IMG/VR virus record: IMGVR_UViG_3300036766_001792
Coordinates: 1 to 55,514 of that record
Direction: 5' to 3' (one strand)
DNA from: a virus
Lineage: Duplodnaviria > Caudoviricetes
DNA: 55,514 nucleotides
Part shown: positions 8,536-18,058 of the stretch, piece by piece
How positions within the stretch are numbered: position 1 is the first letter of the stretch
Layout: the number at the start of each line of letters is the position of its first letter
Notes under the pieces: model-generated
Database searches by the model: none
The model's input: the letters and a program-made list of their open reading frames with translations, nothing else
Told to the model about the DNA's origin: nothing
Program-made: the position numbers and the translations under genes

Positions 8536-8794
8536 CGCTTTCCACGTCCTGCTCGACGTACGTCGACATGTCAATGTACAGCAGGTCGCAGAGCGCCCGC
8601 ATCTCGTCCGTCACCTCCGCGACCCCGGCCTCGCCGGCCACCTTCAGCCTCTCCCTCAGGAGGGCCGAAAGCTTGTTGGACGCGATGAAGACCGCGCCCA
8701 TGCTTATGCGCTGCCCGGCCTCGCCGGCTGCCAGGCGCCTACGCAGGTAGTCGTAGTAGGCCTTCTGCTCCTTCGTGAAGCCCTTCCTGGTCAT
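8522..8794 (-). CDS. Hypothetical protein
   Basis: ATGA overlap with the upstream gene. Confidence 0.6.
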   Translation of the reverse strand: MTRKGFTKEQKAYYDYLRRRLAAGEAGQRISMGAVFIASNKLSALLRERLKVAGEAGVAEVTDEMRALCDLLYIDMSTYVEQDVESDAQL

Positions 8795-10086
8795 TGCTTC
8801 TTCCACAGCGCGCCGGGCCGCTCCAGCGAAGCAGGCCGCGCGTACAGCGGCCTGAAGTCCGTGACCCCGTGCTCCTCGTGCAGGTCCAGCAGCCACATCG
8901 TTGGCGTCCGCAGTGCCTTGTACGTCGACTGCAGGTAGGACGACGTCGCCGGCAGCGCGCCATTGATCACGACCCAGCCGTCCTGCCTGATCGGAAGTAT
9001 GGCCGGCTGGTGCACATGCCCGAACAACACCAGGTCTCCGCCGCCGAGCATGTCCGTGAGCATGCGCGCCGCGTTTACGATCGGGTACCACGGGATACCG
9101 CCGTAGCTTCCGGTTCCGCCCTTGAACGACGAGCCGTGCTCGAAGATGATCTTGCGGCCGGCGAACTCCGTATACCCGAAGTACGTCGACCAGTTCTTAA
9201 CCGTCAGCCGCGGCTCGCCCTCGAAGGCGCGCACCAGGAGCTCGCCTATGAGCCAGGCATACGTGTCCACGTAGTCCAGCTCGCCGAGCCCCGAGTCCCC
9301 GCGCTTCGGGCTCGTCCGGTCGTGGTTGCCGCCGACGTTGTGCACCTCTATGCGCTTGACGCCAGGGAAGTTCAGCAGCGCCCTCAGGACGTAGCTGACC
9401 AGGTCGAAGACCTCGACGACCTGCTGGGTCACGAGTCTGTCTATCTTGGCCGCCTGTCCCGGGCGCATGCTGTCGTTCTCGTGCAGGTCCCCGTTGAGGA
9501 TGACGAGAATCTCCTCGATAGTCTGCCCCTTCACCTCGACATCGAAGATGGAGCGCGCGGCGCTTATCAGCTGCTGGACCTGCCAGCGGACGATCTCGGT
9601 CGTCTGCTCATAGATCCCGCCGGTGCTCTGGATCGGCGTCCGCTGGCCGAGGTGCCAGTCGGAGAGGTCCAGGACCCACCGATGGACGGGCTTGTGCGTC
9701 CGCTCATCGCGCGACACGAAGTCGTCCGCGAGCGGGAGGAGCGCCGTCGGCTCGAACGGCTGGAGGCACTCCCGGATCGTGCTGATGTACTCCTGCCTCT
9801 TGGCCTCGGTCCGCTGCAGCTGCGTTAGCTGCCTCAGCATCTCCCTGTTGTGCTGCCGCTCCTGCTCCTGCTTAATGGCCGCCTCGAGGTTGGCGCCGGG
9901 TGTCGACTCGATGCGCCCGCCGGCACCGCGCGGATACTGCACCAGCGCGCCGCCAGACTCGGCTATCGCCCGCCGCGCGTGCGACCGCTCCTCCTTCAGC
10001 GACTTCAGCCGCCGACCAGGGAAGTTGGCCGTCAGGAGCTCGTCGGTCACGCACTCGGCAATCAGGCGCCGCCTGTCGTTGATCAT
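8791..10086 (-). CDS. Calcineurin-like metallophosphoesterase with N-terminal coiled coil
   Basis: SDWHLG, GDLHEN, GNHDR, EHG, GHVH motifs. Confidence 0.9.
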   Translation of the reverse strand: MINDRRRLIAECVTDELLTANFPGRRLKSLKEERSHARRAIAESGGALVQYPRGAGGRIESTPGANLEAAIKQEQERQHNREMLRQLTQLQRTEAKRQEYISTIRECLQPFEPTALLPLADDFVSRDERTHKPVHRWVLDLSDWHLGQRTPIQSTGGIYEQTTEIVRWQVQQLISAARSIFDVEVKGQTIEEILVILNGDLHENDSMRPGQAAKIDRLVTQQVVEVFDLVSYVLRALLNFPGVKRIEVHNVGGNHDRTSPKRGDSGLGELDYVDTYAWLIGELLVRAFEGEPRLTVKNWSTYFGYTEFAGRKIIFEHGSSFKGGTGSYGGIPWYPIVNAARMLTDMLGGGDLVLFGHVHQPAILPIRQDGWVVINGALPATSSYLQSTYKALRTPTMWLLDLHEEHGVTDFRPLYARPASLERPGALWKKQ

Positions 10087-10125
10087 GCGGTTATCCCCCT
10101 CTCAATCTCATCGGTATAATACCCG

Positions 10126-11004
10126 TCACGCGACCATCGCCTCGTACTGCCCGCGCGTTATTAGCCCCTGCTCGAGCATACGCTCCGGCGACTTGGGCGT
10201 CCGCGCCGCCGTGCAGCGGCAGTTGTAGGCCGACGTCTGGTACTCCAACCTGTTGGTGCGCCTGTTGACGACCGGCCACGGCTTGTTGTGGTCGTCGGTC
10301 CATCGCTTCTTGATCCCGTCGAACTCGTACGGCCCGTCGCGCTCGAAGAGGAGCGAGACGTCCTTCGTCCTGTCGTCGTGGGTCGCGACCCAGTGGTAGT
10401 CGTATAGGTACTTGTCGGCGTCGTTGTCCCACGCCGCGATCCTCCCGAGCGAGGTCACCTTCGCCGTTTCGGTCCTCACGACCAGCTCGACAGCCGACCG
10501 CGCCGCGCCTGTGCGCGCCTGCACCCTGTCTATCATGCTCCTGAAGCTGAACGGCCGGATCTTTCCCTCGCGGTCCACCCCGGCGTACGCGTCGCGGAGC
10601 ACCTCCTCGAAGAACTTCCGCTCGTCGTCGGCGAAGCGCCTGAGCGCCGGGACGAAGCCGTCCGGGTTGCCCTTGATCCAGTCAAGGGCCATGGCGTCCC
10701 CGTGGTCGGGCGCGATCCTCACGCCGGTGTCGACCACCCCGACCATGAACCCGGCGTAGAAGATGTTGTCTATCAGGTCGGCGTACGCGCCAGCAGTCAG
10801 CTCCGGCCACATCAGCAGCTTCTCGGAGACTACCTCGCGCGCCGTGATCGGGGTCAGCTCGGGGCCCAGCTTACGCCAGCCCTCGGCTATCTCCGACAGC
10901 AGCCCCTCGTAGGACGCGCCGAGCACGGCCTCGAGGCTCTGCGCTATCTCCTGCACGCCGGGGTATATGGTGAGGTGCGCGATGTCCGCCGGGTCTATCG
11001 GCAT
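10126..11004 (-). CDS. MuF-like minor head protein
   Basis: VRTETAK, WVATHDDRT, YNCRC; follows the portal gene. Confidence 0.85.
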   Translation of the reverse strand: MPIDPADIAHLTIYPGVQEIAQSLEAVLGASYEGLLSEIAEGWRKLGPELTPITAREVVSEKLLMWPELTAGAYADLIDNIFYAGFMVGVVDTGVRIAPDHGDAMALDWIKGNPDGFVPALRRFADDERKFFEEVLRDAYAGVDREGKIRPFSFRSMIDRVQARTGAARSAVELVVRTETAKVTSLGRIAAWDNDADKYLYDYHWVATHDDRTKDVSLLFERDGPYEFDGIKKRWTDDHNKPWPVVNRRTNRLEYQTSAYNCRCTAARTPKSPERMLEQGLITRGQYEAMVA

Positions 11005-12972
11005 CTAGATCTCCAGGCCGGGCTCGAGCCCCAGCCGAGCGTCCTCGTCCTCGTCGCCACGGGTGCTCATGGGCTCCTGCGGCGGCTCCTCCATGATCTC
11101 CCCGACGTCGCCCTCAGCCTCGCCCTCCATACCAGGGTCTGCCTTCTCCATCAGCCCGAACGTGCCTGGTGCCGTCGCGTCGCCGCCCGCTCCGCCCTCG
11201 CCCCCCTGCTGCGGACGCTCGGTGCCGGGCTTCACCTCGCCGTATATCTCGTACTCGTCGGCCCCCTGGTCGTAGCGGATGCCGAACCCCATCTGGGCCA
11301 TCCCGCTGGCCCACTGCATCTTCGTCGTGCGGACCTGCAGCTCGGCGAGCTCCGACACCTCCTCGGGCTGCAGCAGCCTCAGGTGCCAGTCGGTGATGCC
11401 GAACGCGGCGAGCAGCGCGGGGAAGACGGCCTCGTGGTACGCCCTCTGCTTGCCCTCGACCACGCGGCTCATGACGACCAGCTGCTGGCTCTCGTTGTTC
11501 AGCCCGCCCGCCGCCATGCTGTCGGACATCCATATGGCCGACACCCCGTAGAGTCCAGCGATGCGCTCCCTGATCTCGTCGCGGACCGGCAGGTAGTTCA
11601 GCTCGTCGAGGCTGTAGGCGAACCTGACGAACTCGGTCTTGCCCTGGCCGGTCTTGCTCGACACGGCGATCCACGGTATGTAGTGCGGGTCCTGCCGCAT
11701 GCGCGCCTCGATCGCGGCCTTGCGCTGGTCCATGCCCTGCGTGTCGTCCGTCGTCGTCGCGATTATGCCCTGCGGGACTTTGCGCTCGTAGAAGTAGTCG
11801 TACACGTACCGGTCCATCCCGATGAGCGTCAGCGCCTTCTCGTAGATGCTCAGGATGGGCGGGTAACCGTAGAGCTCCGTCGGCGTGTAGTAGCTCCAGT
11901 GGATCACCTCGTCGCGCAGGAGGTACATGACCTTCGTCTGCGCGGACCCGTAGCCGCCCTGCAGGTACTGCTCGTTGTACTTGTAGTAGACCGGATACGT
12001 CTGGAGCCCGCATTCGGGGCACCTGCCCCTCCACTCCTCGTCCCAACCCTCCTCGGCCGGCACCTCCATGATGTTGTCCCGGTGGAAGACGCACAGGTGG
12101 TGGCGCATGCCAGGTATGCCGCGGTAGTCGAGGTCGTACTCCAGCAGCACAGGGTCAAGCCTGAGGACGTGCTTCACGATCTTCCGCGGGTGGACGTCCT
12201 GGCCGCGCGCCGCCTGCTGCGCCTCCTCCTCCGACATGACGTACTCTGGGCGCAAGTAGAGGAACGCGTCGTCGACCGTGTTGACGTCGTCCTCGCACTC
12301 CCTGAGGACGGTCTCGAGGCTCTGCCCGAAGTAGTTGGCCTCGGTCAGGAAGCCCTCGAACCTCTCCTTCTGCTTCTCATCCGGTTGGTACAGCGGCGGC
12401 TTGACCGGCGCGCCCGGCAGCGGCTTGTCGCTGAGCCCGACACCCACTATCGCCGGCTCCCCGTCGGCCCCGAGCGGGACGTTCTGCCCGTCCTCTCCCT
12501 TCTTGGTCCACACCTTGCACACCCTGCACCGCGGGGTCCCATCCTTGTCCGTGAGTTTGCGCGCCTCAGATGCGGTGTACTCCTTGTCACACTGGCCGCA
12601 CTTCCACTCGAAGGCCGCCTCCCACTCGATGCCGCGCCGGAAGATCTCGTTGCGCAGGTGGGTGGTCACCGTCCTGATGTCGGCGTTGTTGTAGTGGATG
12701 ACGTAGAGGTCCAGCAGGTAGCGCCGGTCGGCTATGTACTGGCGCTTGCCCTTGAACCCGTAGTCGTTGATGCCTATGAGCCCGCCTGACGCCTGCGCGG
12801 CCGACTTAAGCATGGTATCGCGCGCGAACTCCACGGTCGACAGCCCCGGGCCGCCCTGCTTAAGGCGGGACTCGAGGAACTGGAAGAAGTCCATGCCCTT
12901 CTCGCCGCCGAACTGCGCGGTCGGCGCGGCCGGCGCGCCCTGGCGCCTACGGAAGAAGTCCAGTGCGCCCAT
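11005..12972 (-). CDS. Portal protein
   Basis: EVIHW...LYGYPPI, YFYE..VPQGII, IAGLYGVS; lies between TerL and MuF. Confidence 0.85.
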   Translation of the reverse strand: MGALDFFRRRQGAPAAPTAQFGGEKGMDFFQFLESRLKQGGPGLSTVEFARDTMLKSAAQASGGLIGINDYGFKGKRQYIADRRYLLDLYVIHYNNADIRTVTTHLRNEIFRRGIEWEAAFEWKCGQCDKEYTASEARKLTDKDGTPRCRVCKVWTKKGEDGQNVPLGADGEPAIVGVGLSDKPLPGAPVKPPLYQPDEKQKERFEGFLTEANYFGQSLETVLRECEDDVNTVDDAFLYLRPEYVMSEEEAQQAARGQDVHPRKIVKHVLRLDPVLLEYDLDYRGIPGMRHHLCVFHRDNIMEVPAEEGWDEEWRGRCPECGLQTYPVYYKYNEQYLQGGYGSAQTKVMYLLRDEVIHWSYYTPTELYGYPPILSIYEKALTLIGMDRYVYDYFYERKVPQGIIATTTDDTQGMDQRKAAIEARMRQDPHYIPWIAVSSKTGQGKTEFVRFAYSLDELNYLPVRDEIRERIAGLYGVSAIWMSDSMAAGGLNNESQQLVVMSRVVEGKQRAYHEAVFPALLAAFGITDWHLRLLQPEEVSELAELQVRTTKMQWASGMAQMGFGIRYDQGADEYEIYGEVKPGTERPQQGGEGGAGGDATAPGTFGLMEKADPGMEGEAEGDVGEIMEEPPQEPMSTRGDEDEDARLGLEPGLEI

Positions 12973-13323
12973 CTATTCCTCCTCGACGCGCGCGAGGATC
13001 GCGTCGGCGCTCATGATGAGGACGTGCGCGTCCTGTCCCGCGTCGTCCTTCAGCGCCCAGCGCCCCCCGGCCCACTGCTCGAACAGGATCTTCATACCCT
13101 CGGATATGCCGATCAGCCCACACTCCGGCCCCGCCCTGATGACGGTCCCGATCGTCGTAGTCAGCGTGCCCGGCTTCACCATCACGAGCCCTGACGGCCT
13201 TATCGGGTCCTCGAAGTCCTCGCGGACGACGAGCCACTGGCCGACCATCTCGAGCGCGGATACCGCCACTGACTGGCGCATGTAGCCGGAGCCCGGTATC
13301 TTGCTACTCTTCCGTCTCGCCAT
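12973..13323 (-). CDS. groES: Co-chaperonin GroES-like (copy 2)
   Basis: PSGLVMV...GTVIRAGP...GMKILF...LIMSADAILARVE. Confidence 0.8.
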   Translation of the reverse strand: MARRKSSKIPGSGYMRQSVAVSALEMVGQWLVVREDFEDPIRPSGLVMVKPGTLTTTIGTVIRAGPECGLIGISEGMKILFEQWAGGRWALKDDAGQDAHVLIMSADAILARVEEE

Positions 13324-13618
13324 CTTTGCCCTCTTCCTTCTGCTGCCGCCTGCGCCGTCTGGCCTGCACCCACGAGTCGAACAGCCTGCCCTTGATCGGT
13401 CCGTCCTCGACGTCGGGAGCCGTGCGCTTTGGCACCATCTTGTCGACGTACTCCCGCCAGCGCGCCAGCTCCTGCTCGATGGCGTGCTCGCCGTAGCCCC
13501 ACTCCCGCAGCTTGGCCGCGTACTCGTCCTCGGTCAGGTCCAGCAGCTCGGCGGGCAGCTGCGGGTGCTGCATGCGGCGCGCCATCGGAGACGGCAGCTG
13601 GAACCCTTCATTAGGCAT
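13304..13618 (-). CDS. Hypothetical protein
   Basis: Packed ORF. Confidence 0.55.
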   Translation of the reverse strand: MPNEGFQLPSPMARRMQHPQLPAELLDLTEDEYAAKLREWGYGEHAIEQELARWREYVDKMVPKRTAPDVEDGPIKGRLFDSWVQARRRRRQQKEEGKDGETEE

Positions 13619-14051
13619 CGGCCAACGCCTCTCGCAAGTGCATAAACTCCAAACTCTCGGGCAGCCTACGAACGCCGCGCTCGTAGTCGTAGAGCAGCTG
13701 GCAGTTCAGGCAGCGCACGTCGACCTCGGCCGAAGTCACTTGCCCCCTTACAACAGCCCGATACAATGCAAGAGCTGACTGTCTGTTTTGACCACTTTGA
13801 CCACTCAAATGGTTGATCGACAAAACCAAGATATTCTCCGCCCCACAGTGAGCACACCGACCACCAAGAATCCTAATGGCCTTCTCCCTCGTGCGCCAGT
13901 AAACTCGCCTCTGAAGTTCAGCGAATCTAATCGAATTGTTTTTCGCCCATGTCATCGCACGACGACTACCTGCCCCAGGAAGTTTCGATATGCCGCCCTT
14001 CCATCTTCCATTCTGCGCACCGCGACGCGCCAGAAGCGAGTTAGAGACCAT
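13611..14051 (-). CDS. HNH-like endonuclease, possibly degenerate
   Basis: NGRWKGG, LGGRCAHCG..INH..CLNCQ (final His replaced by Gln); low GC. Confidence 0.7.
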   Translation of the reverse strand: MVSNSLLARRGAQNGRWKGGISKLPGAGSRRAMTWAKNNSIRFAELQRRVYWRTREKAIRILGGRCAHCGAENILVLSINHLSGQSGQNRQSALALYRAVVRGQVTSAEVDVRCLNCQLLYDYERGVRRLPESLEFMHLREALADA

Positions 14052-14265
14052 CGACCGCCTGCTCCTCCGCCTGCTCCTCCATCGTCTCGACCATCTCGTC
14101 GAACCTACGCAGCTGCGCCTCGCGCGCCTCTTCCGGCAGGCCCTGCTTCTTCATGAACTCTATGAACTGGCCGCGGCGGCCGCCTAGGCTGCCGGCCCGC
14201 TCCCTCAGTGCCCGGCGCCGGTCGGCCTCCTCGAGGTGCCGCCTCCTCGTGTTTATGCTTGGCAT
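14041..14265 (-). CDS. Hypothetical protein
   Basis: Packed ORF. Confidence 0.55.
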   Translation of the reverse strand: MPSINTRRRHLEEADRRRALRERAGSLGGRRGQFIEFMKKQGLPEEAREAQLRRFDEMVETMEEQAEEQAVDGL

Positions 14266-14281
14266 ATTCAGATCTTACCCC

Positions 14282-15820
14282 CTATCGCTCACTCTCGAAG
14301 CCCCGCGGGAGTCCCGTCGTGGGCCGCCCGCGCTGGCCCCCGAATATCTCGTTGGCGTCGCCGAGCACCGTCATGGCCGGCCCGTCCTCTGCGGCCTGCA
14401 CCATGAGCGCGTTCGACCAGAAGCTGTCGCCGTGGCCTTCCGAAGTCTCGAGCGACTTCAGCTGCGGGTTGACGGCGCATATCTGGCTCACCTGGCGCGG
14501 ATCTGGCAGCAGCACCAGCCCCGCCTCGTCCGGCCCCGCGAAGATCCTCCGCTCGAAGAGCAGTGCCAGCTGCGGCTTGCGCTGCTTCGTGAACTTTCTG
14601 CCGTATGCGCGCCTGCTGAGCCCGCGCTCGTCAAGCTCGGCCCTGGTCGAGTCGTAGTAAAACCGCGACACGTTGAAGTGCCCCATCAGCTTGTTGACCA
14701 GCTTCGCCTGCTGCCCGTACTTCATGTGGTCCACGAACCGCTGGTACACCTGCACGAGCGTCCCGTCCGGCGCCTGGACCGCGATGGAGATGTGCGTCGG
14801 GTGGACCTCCTTGCCTATGTCCATGCCGCCGTACGTCGGCCACCCGTCCGGATTATCGAACGGCTCGTCGAGCGAGAATGCCTGCAGCCCCGGCTCGACG
14901 CAGAGCTCGACGGCCTCGCGCGGCAGCAGGCTGTTGACGGCCATGAGCGGCACCAGCAGGTACTCGACCTGGTATGCGGTGCGCCCGACCCGGCGCCTGA
15001 TCTGCCTGAGCACGCGCCTGTCAAACCGCTCCGGCCACGCGACCCTGTCCGGGTCCGCCGGGTCCGTCTCCGCCGGGCAGCGGATCCAGAAGAACTCGTC
15101 ATTGGCGCGCAGCTTGTAGAGCGTGTCGTCGTACGACTGCGGCGTCCCGACCACTATCAGCGGGTCGTCCGGGCCGGGCAGCGACTGTATGACGTTGTTG
15201 AACACGGAGTTTATCTTCGCGATCGCGGCCGGCTCGAGCGGGTTAGTGTAGTCGCTAAGGATGTCATCGCATATGACGAACTTGGGGTGCAGCCCCCGCT
15301 TGGCCCCCATGACGCCTATCCCCTGGACCGCCGCGTGCCACGTCTCGCCGGTCCCGAACCCGCACACGAAGCTGATGACGTGCTCGGAGCGCGGCTTCAG
15401 GTCCTGGAAGAACCGGAAGTAGCGGTTGGCCTTGGCCAGGCGCTTGGCGATCTTGACGTGGTCGCGCGCCAGGTCCTCCTTGTACGAGACGACTATGCCG
15501 TCGACAAACGCCCACGCCTTGAAGATCTGCCAGAGCGTGAAGGCGTGGTTGAGGATGGTGCTCTTGAGGTGCAGCCTGGGGGCCATGACGCAGAGCCGCG
15601 GGTATTTCTGCGCGAAGCCTGCCCACACGTAGTGGAGCTTGCTAAGGCTGAACGGGTGCCGGCCGCGGTCGGCCATGACGAACGTCTCGCCCTCGAACGA
15701 CGCCGGGAAGATCTTCTCGAGGAAGTGCGGGAACGACGCGCACGCCAGCACGATGTCCCGGGACTCCTCGGCCGTGAACGGCGCCGGTGCCTCCGCGAAC
15801 GGTACGCCGGTCAGCTCCAT
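14282..15820 (-). CDS. terL: Terminase large subunit
   Basis: APRLHLKST (Walker A variant), RGLHP..VICDD, VGTPQ, GGMDIG, HGDSFWS. Confidence 0.9.
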   Translation of the reverse strand: MELTGVPFAEAPAPFTAEESRDIVLACASFPHFLEKIFPASFEGETFVMADRGRHPFSLSKLHYVWAGFAQKYPRLCVMAPRLHLKSTILNHAFTLWQIFKAWAFVDGIVVSYKEDLARDHVKIAKRLAKANRYFRFFQDLKPRSEHVISFVCGFGTGETWHAAVQGIGVMGAKRGLHPKFVICDDILSDYTNPLEPAAIAKINSVFNNVIQSLPGPDDPLIVVGTPQSYDDTLYKLRANDEFFWIRCPAETDPADPDRVAWPERFDRRVLRQIRRRVGRTAYQVEYLLVPLMAVNSLLPREAVELCVEPGLQAFSLDEPFDNPDGWPTYGGMDIGKEVHPTHISIAVQAPDGTLVQVYQRFVDHMKYGQQAKLVNKLMGHFNVSRFYYDSTRAELDERGLSRRAYGRKFTKQRKPQLALLFERRIFAGPDEAGLVLLPDPRQVSQICAVNPQLKSLETSEGHGDSFWSNALMVQAAEDGPAMTVLGDANEIFGGQRGRPTTGLPRGFESER

Positions 15821-16486
15821 CTACTCGTACTCCCCCTCGCCGCCCGGATCCTCGCCCTCGTCCTTCATCGGCCGCACGTTGTCGTGGCCGAACTGCTCCA
15901 GCGCCGCCAGCTCCGGCGAGGCGGCGCCTATCAGCTCGGTGAACGCCTGCCCCAGCTCTGCGGCGAACGACTGCGCGTCGCCCCCACCGAGCACCAGGAC
16001 GTTCTGCGTCCCGACCATCACCGGTCCCGGCAGCGCCTTGTCGCCGAGCGCGTTGCGGAGCTTGATCTCTAGCTCGGCAAGCGCCTGTGCGAACCTGAAC
16101 GCGCGGTTTATCTCCACCGGGATGTACTCGTGCTCGATGAGAAAGCGGCGCTCCTCGGTCACGGCCGCTGCAACGTCGCCGTAGAACCTCTGGAGCCGCT
16201 CCAGCGACTCGCCGAGCAGCCCGCGCATGGTGTCGAAGGCGTCTATCATGGCCGCGGTTGTCACGTACTTGTTGCGCAGCCACAGCGCGCCCTTGGTGGC
16301 CGACCCGAAGTACATCGGCGCGCGCTTCAGCCCGTTGTTGACGCCGGCGTACGTGAGGTCGCCGTAGCCCTGGCGGTGCGCCTCGGCCACGAGGTCCTCG
16401 ATGTAGAAGCCCGCCCGCCTCATGTCAATGAGCTTGTCCCACAGCGGGTGGTCAGGCCCGAACTGCGCCTTCCTGGGCACCTTCAC
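15821..16486 (-). CDS. Putative terminase small subunit
   Basis: Helical protein immediately upstream of terL; positional call. Confidence 0.55.
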   Translation of the reverse strand: MKVPRKAQFGPDHPLWDKLIDMRRAGFYIEDLVAEAHRQGYGDLTYAGVNNGLKRAPMYFGSATKGALWLRNKYVTTAAMIDAFDTMRGLLGESLERLQRFYGDVAAAVTEERRFLIEHEYIPVEINRAFRFAQALAELEIKLRNALGDKALPGPVMVGTQNVLVLGGGDAQSFAAELGQAFTELIGAASPELAALEQFGHDNVRPMKDEGEDPGGEGEYE

Positions 16487-16490
16487 CTCC

Positions 16491-16597
16491 TAGGGTCTCA
16501 GGTTACCGGCCCGTGACTCGTGGCTACCCCTCGGGATCAGCGGCTCGAGCACGGCCACCTCGTCTCCCTCAAGTCTTCGCGCCGGATTAGGGTCTCA
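16491..16597. repeat. 10-bp direct repeat TAGGGTCTCA (16491-16500, 16588-16597)
   Basis: Exact copies in the intergenic region upstream of terS. Confidence 0.7.
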
Positions 16598-16639
16598 AGG
16601 GTAGTTTCCTACGTTGCACCCTCGCCTGGCCCCGTGCAA

Positions 16640-17236
16640 TCACGCCGGCAGGTAGCCGAGAGCGGCGTACTGCCTGACGAACCCCTCCACAAACGACAGC
16701 GGGCTCTGCATCCCGCGCTTCGCGCGCGACGGGCCGACGAAGCCGATGAGCCAGAAGGCCCCGATCGTGAACGCCATCAGCCCGCGCCAGCTAATCGGCT
16801 CGCCGTTGGAGAGTATGGCCTCGAAGCACCCGCGCACCTGGTCTCCGAACTCCGCGTCGAGGGTCGGCAGACCGGCGCCCTGCGACACGCGCGTCGCCAA
16901 CTCCCTGACCATGGCCTTCACCGTCTCGATGCTCGCCGGGCTGACTGCCTGCGCCGCGCACCCCACGCCTTTGACGAAGTCCGGGAAGTTCAGCGCCGGT
17001 TCGGCCCCCGTGTAGCTCTCGAACCAGACCTCTACCACCTCCGGCAGCGTGAACGACGCCTCGGCGTCCTTCGACAGCTCCGTGTTCGCCGCGAGGAACT
17101 GCTCCACGCCGAGTTCCGCGCGATCGTAAAAGCGCGGTATGAGCCTCTCGAGCTCGGAGTTCTCGATGGCCCTGAGCGCCACCGAGTCGAGCGGGACGCC
17201 GGACACAGCCGGCCCTAGTGTCTTCATGTCACCCAT
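16640..17236 (-). CDS. Hypothetical protein
   Basis: AGGGGGG RBS. Confidence 0.65.
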   Translation of the reverse strand: MGDMKTLGPAVSGVPLDSVALRAIENSELERLIPRFYDRAELGVEQFLAANTELSKDAEASFTLPEVVEVWFESYTGAEPALNFPDFVKGVGCAAQAVSPASIETVKAMVRELATRVSQGAGLPTLDAEFGDQVRGCFEAILSNGEPISWRGLMAFTIGAFWLIGFVGPSRAKRGMQSPLSFVEGFVRQYAALGYLPA

Positions 17237-17245
17237 GATTCCCCC

Positions 17246-17728
17246 CTACGTGAGAGTCTTGCCGATGTTGCCGAGCATGCGCTGCGTGAACGAGTCCATG
17301 GACTCGCCGCCGGCGGCCGGCATCGTGGAGTCCCGCCGGATCTTCTCGACGTCGGCTGGCCCGGTCGTCGGCTCGGTGATCTGTATCGCCCGCTGGATCG
17401 GCGGGGTCCACTCGCGCTCGCCCGCGCCCTCCTCGATCGGCGGCAACGGCCCGTCCTGCTCAGCCTTCTCGACCCCCGTCGTCTCGAGTCCCCCGCTGGT
17501 GGCGAGGCGGTTGAATGGCAGCAGGTCCGGCACGGAGACGCCGTACTCCGACTGGAGGTACCGCCTGATGTTGTCGGCCTGCTCGAGCGCACTGGTCAGC
17601 CTGTCCAGCTGCTCGATGATCTCGCTCTTCAGGATCTCCCATGCCGCGACCGAGTCAACGAGGCTTGGCCCCGGCGGGCCGCCGGCTGACTTCTTGTCGC
17701 GCGGCGTCACTTCCTCTTCGTCACTCAT
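17246..17728 (-). CDS. Hypothetical protein
   Basis: RBS AGGGGG; acidic. Confidence 0.6.
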   Translation of the reverse strand: MSDEEEVTPRDKKSAGGPPGPSLVDSVAAWEILKSEIIEQLDRLTSALEQADNIRRYLQSEYGVSVPDLLPFNRLATSGGLETTGVEKAEQDGPLPPIEEGAGEREWTPPIQRAIQITEPTTGPADVEKIRRDSTMPAAGGESMDSFTQRMLGNIGKTLT

Positions 17729-17776
17729 TGCGCAATCCCCCTATCCATGATAGCCCGCTAACCGCGGACCCAAAGC

Positions 17777-18058
17777 CTATCCGTGAGGCATCTTCCCGCA
17801 CGGCATGTCAACGATGGCCGCCTGCGCCGGGTCAACGCACCGCTTCTGCACGCCCAGCTTCGTCTTGGTGGCCAAGCACGGGCAGTCCGCGCATATCAGA
17901 TCGTCCCACCTCGTGCAGCGCGATGCGCATCCGTTTATCGCCAGCGGGCAGGAGTCGCAGTCATCGGAGCAGATCACGTGCCGACGCCACCGCGACGGAA
18001 CCGTCACGTGCGCCCCCTTCCTGAACCACTCCCTCGACTGCGGCCCACCGCTGCCCAT
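17777..18058 (-). CDS. Cys-rich small protein
   Basis: CSDDCDSC...CASRC...CADCPC. Confidence 0.5.
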   Translation of the reverse strand: MGSGGPQSREWFRKGAHVTVPSRWRRHVICSDDCDSCPLAINGCASRCTRWDDLICADCPCLATKTKLGVQKRCVDPAQAAIVDMPCGKMPHG

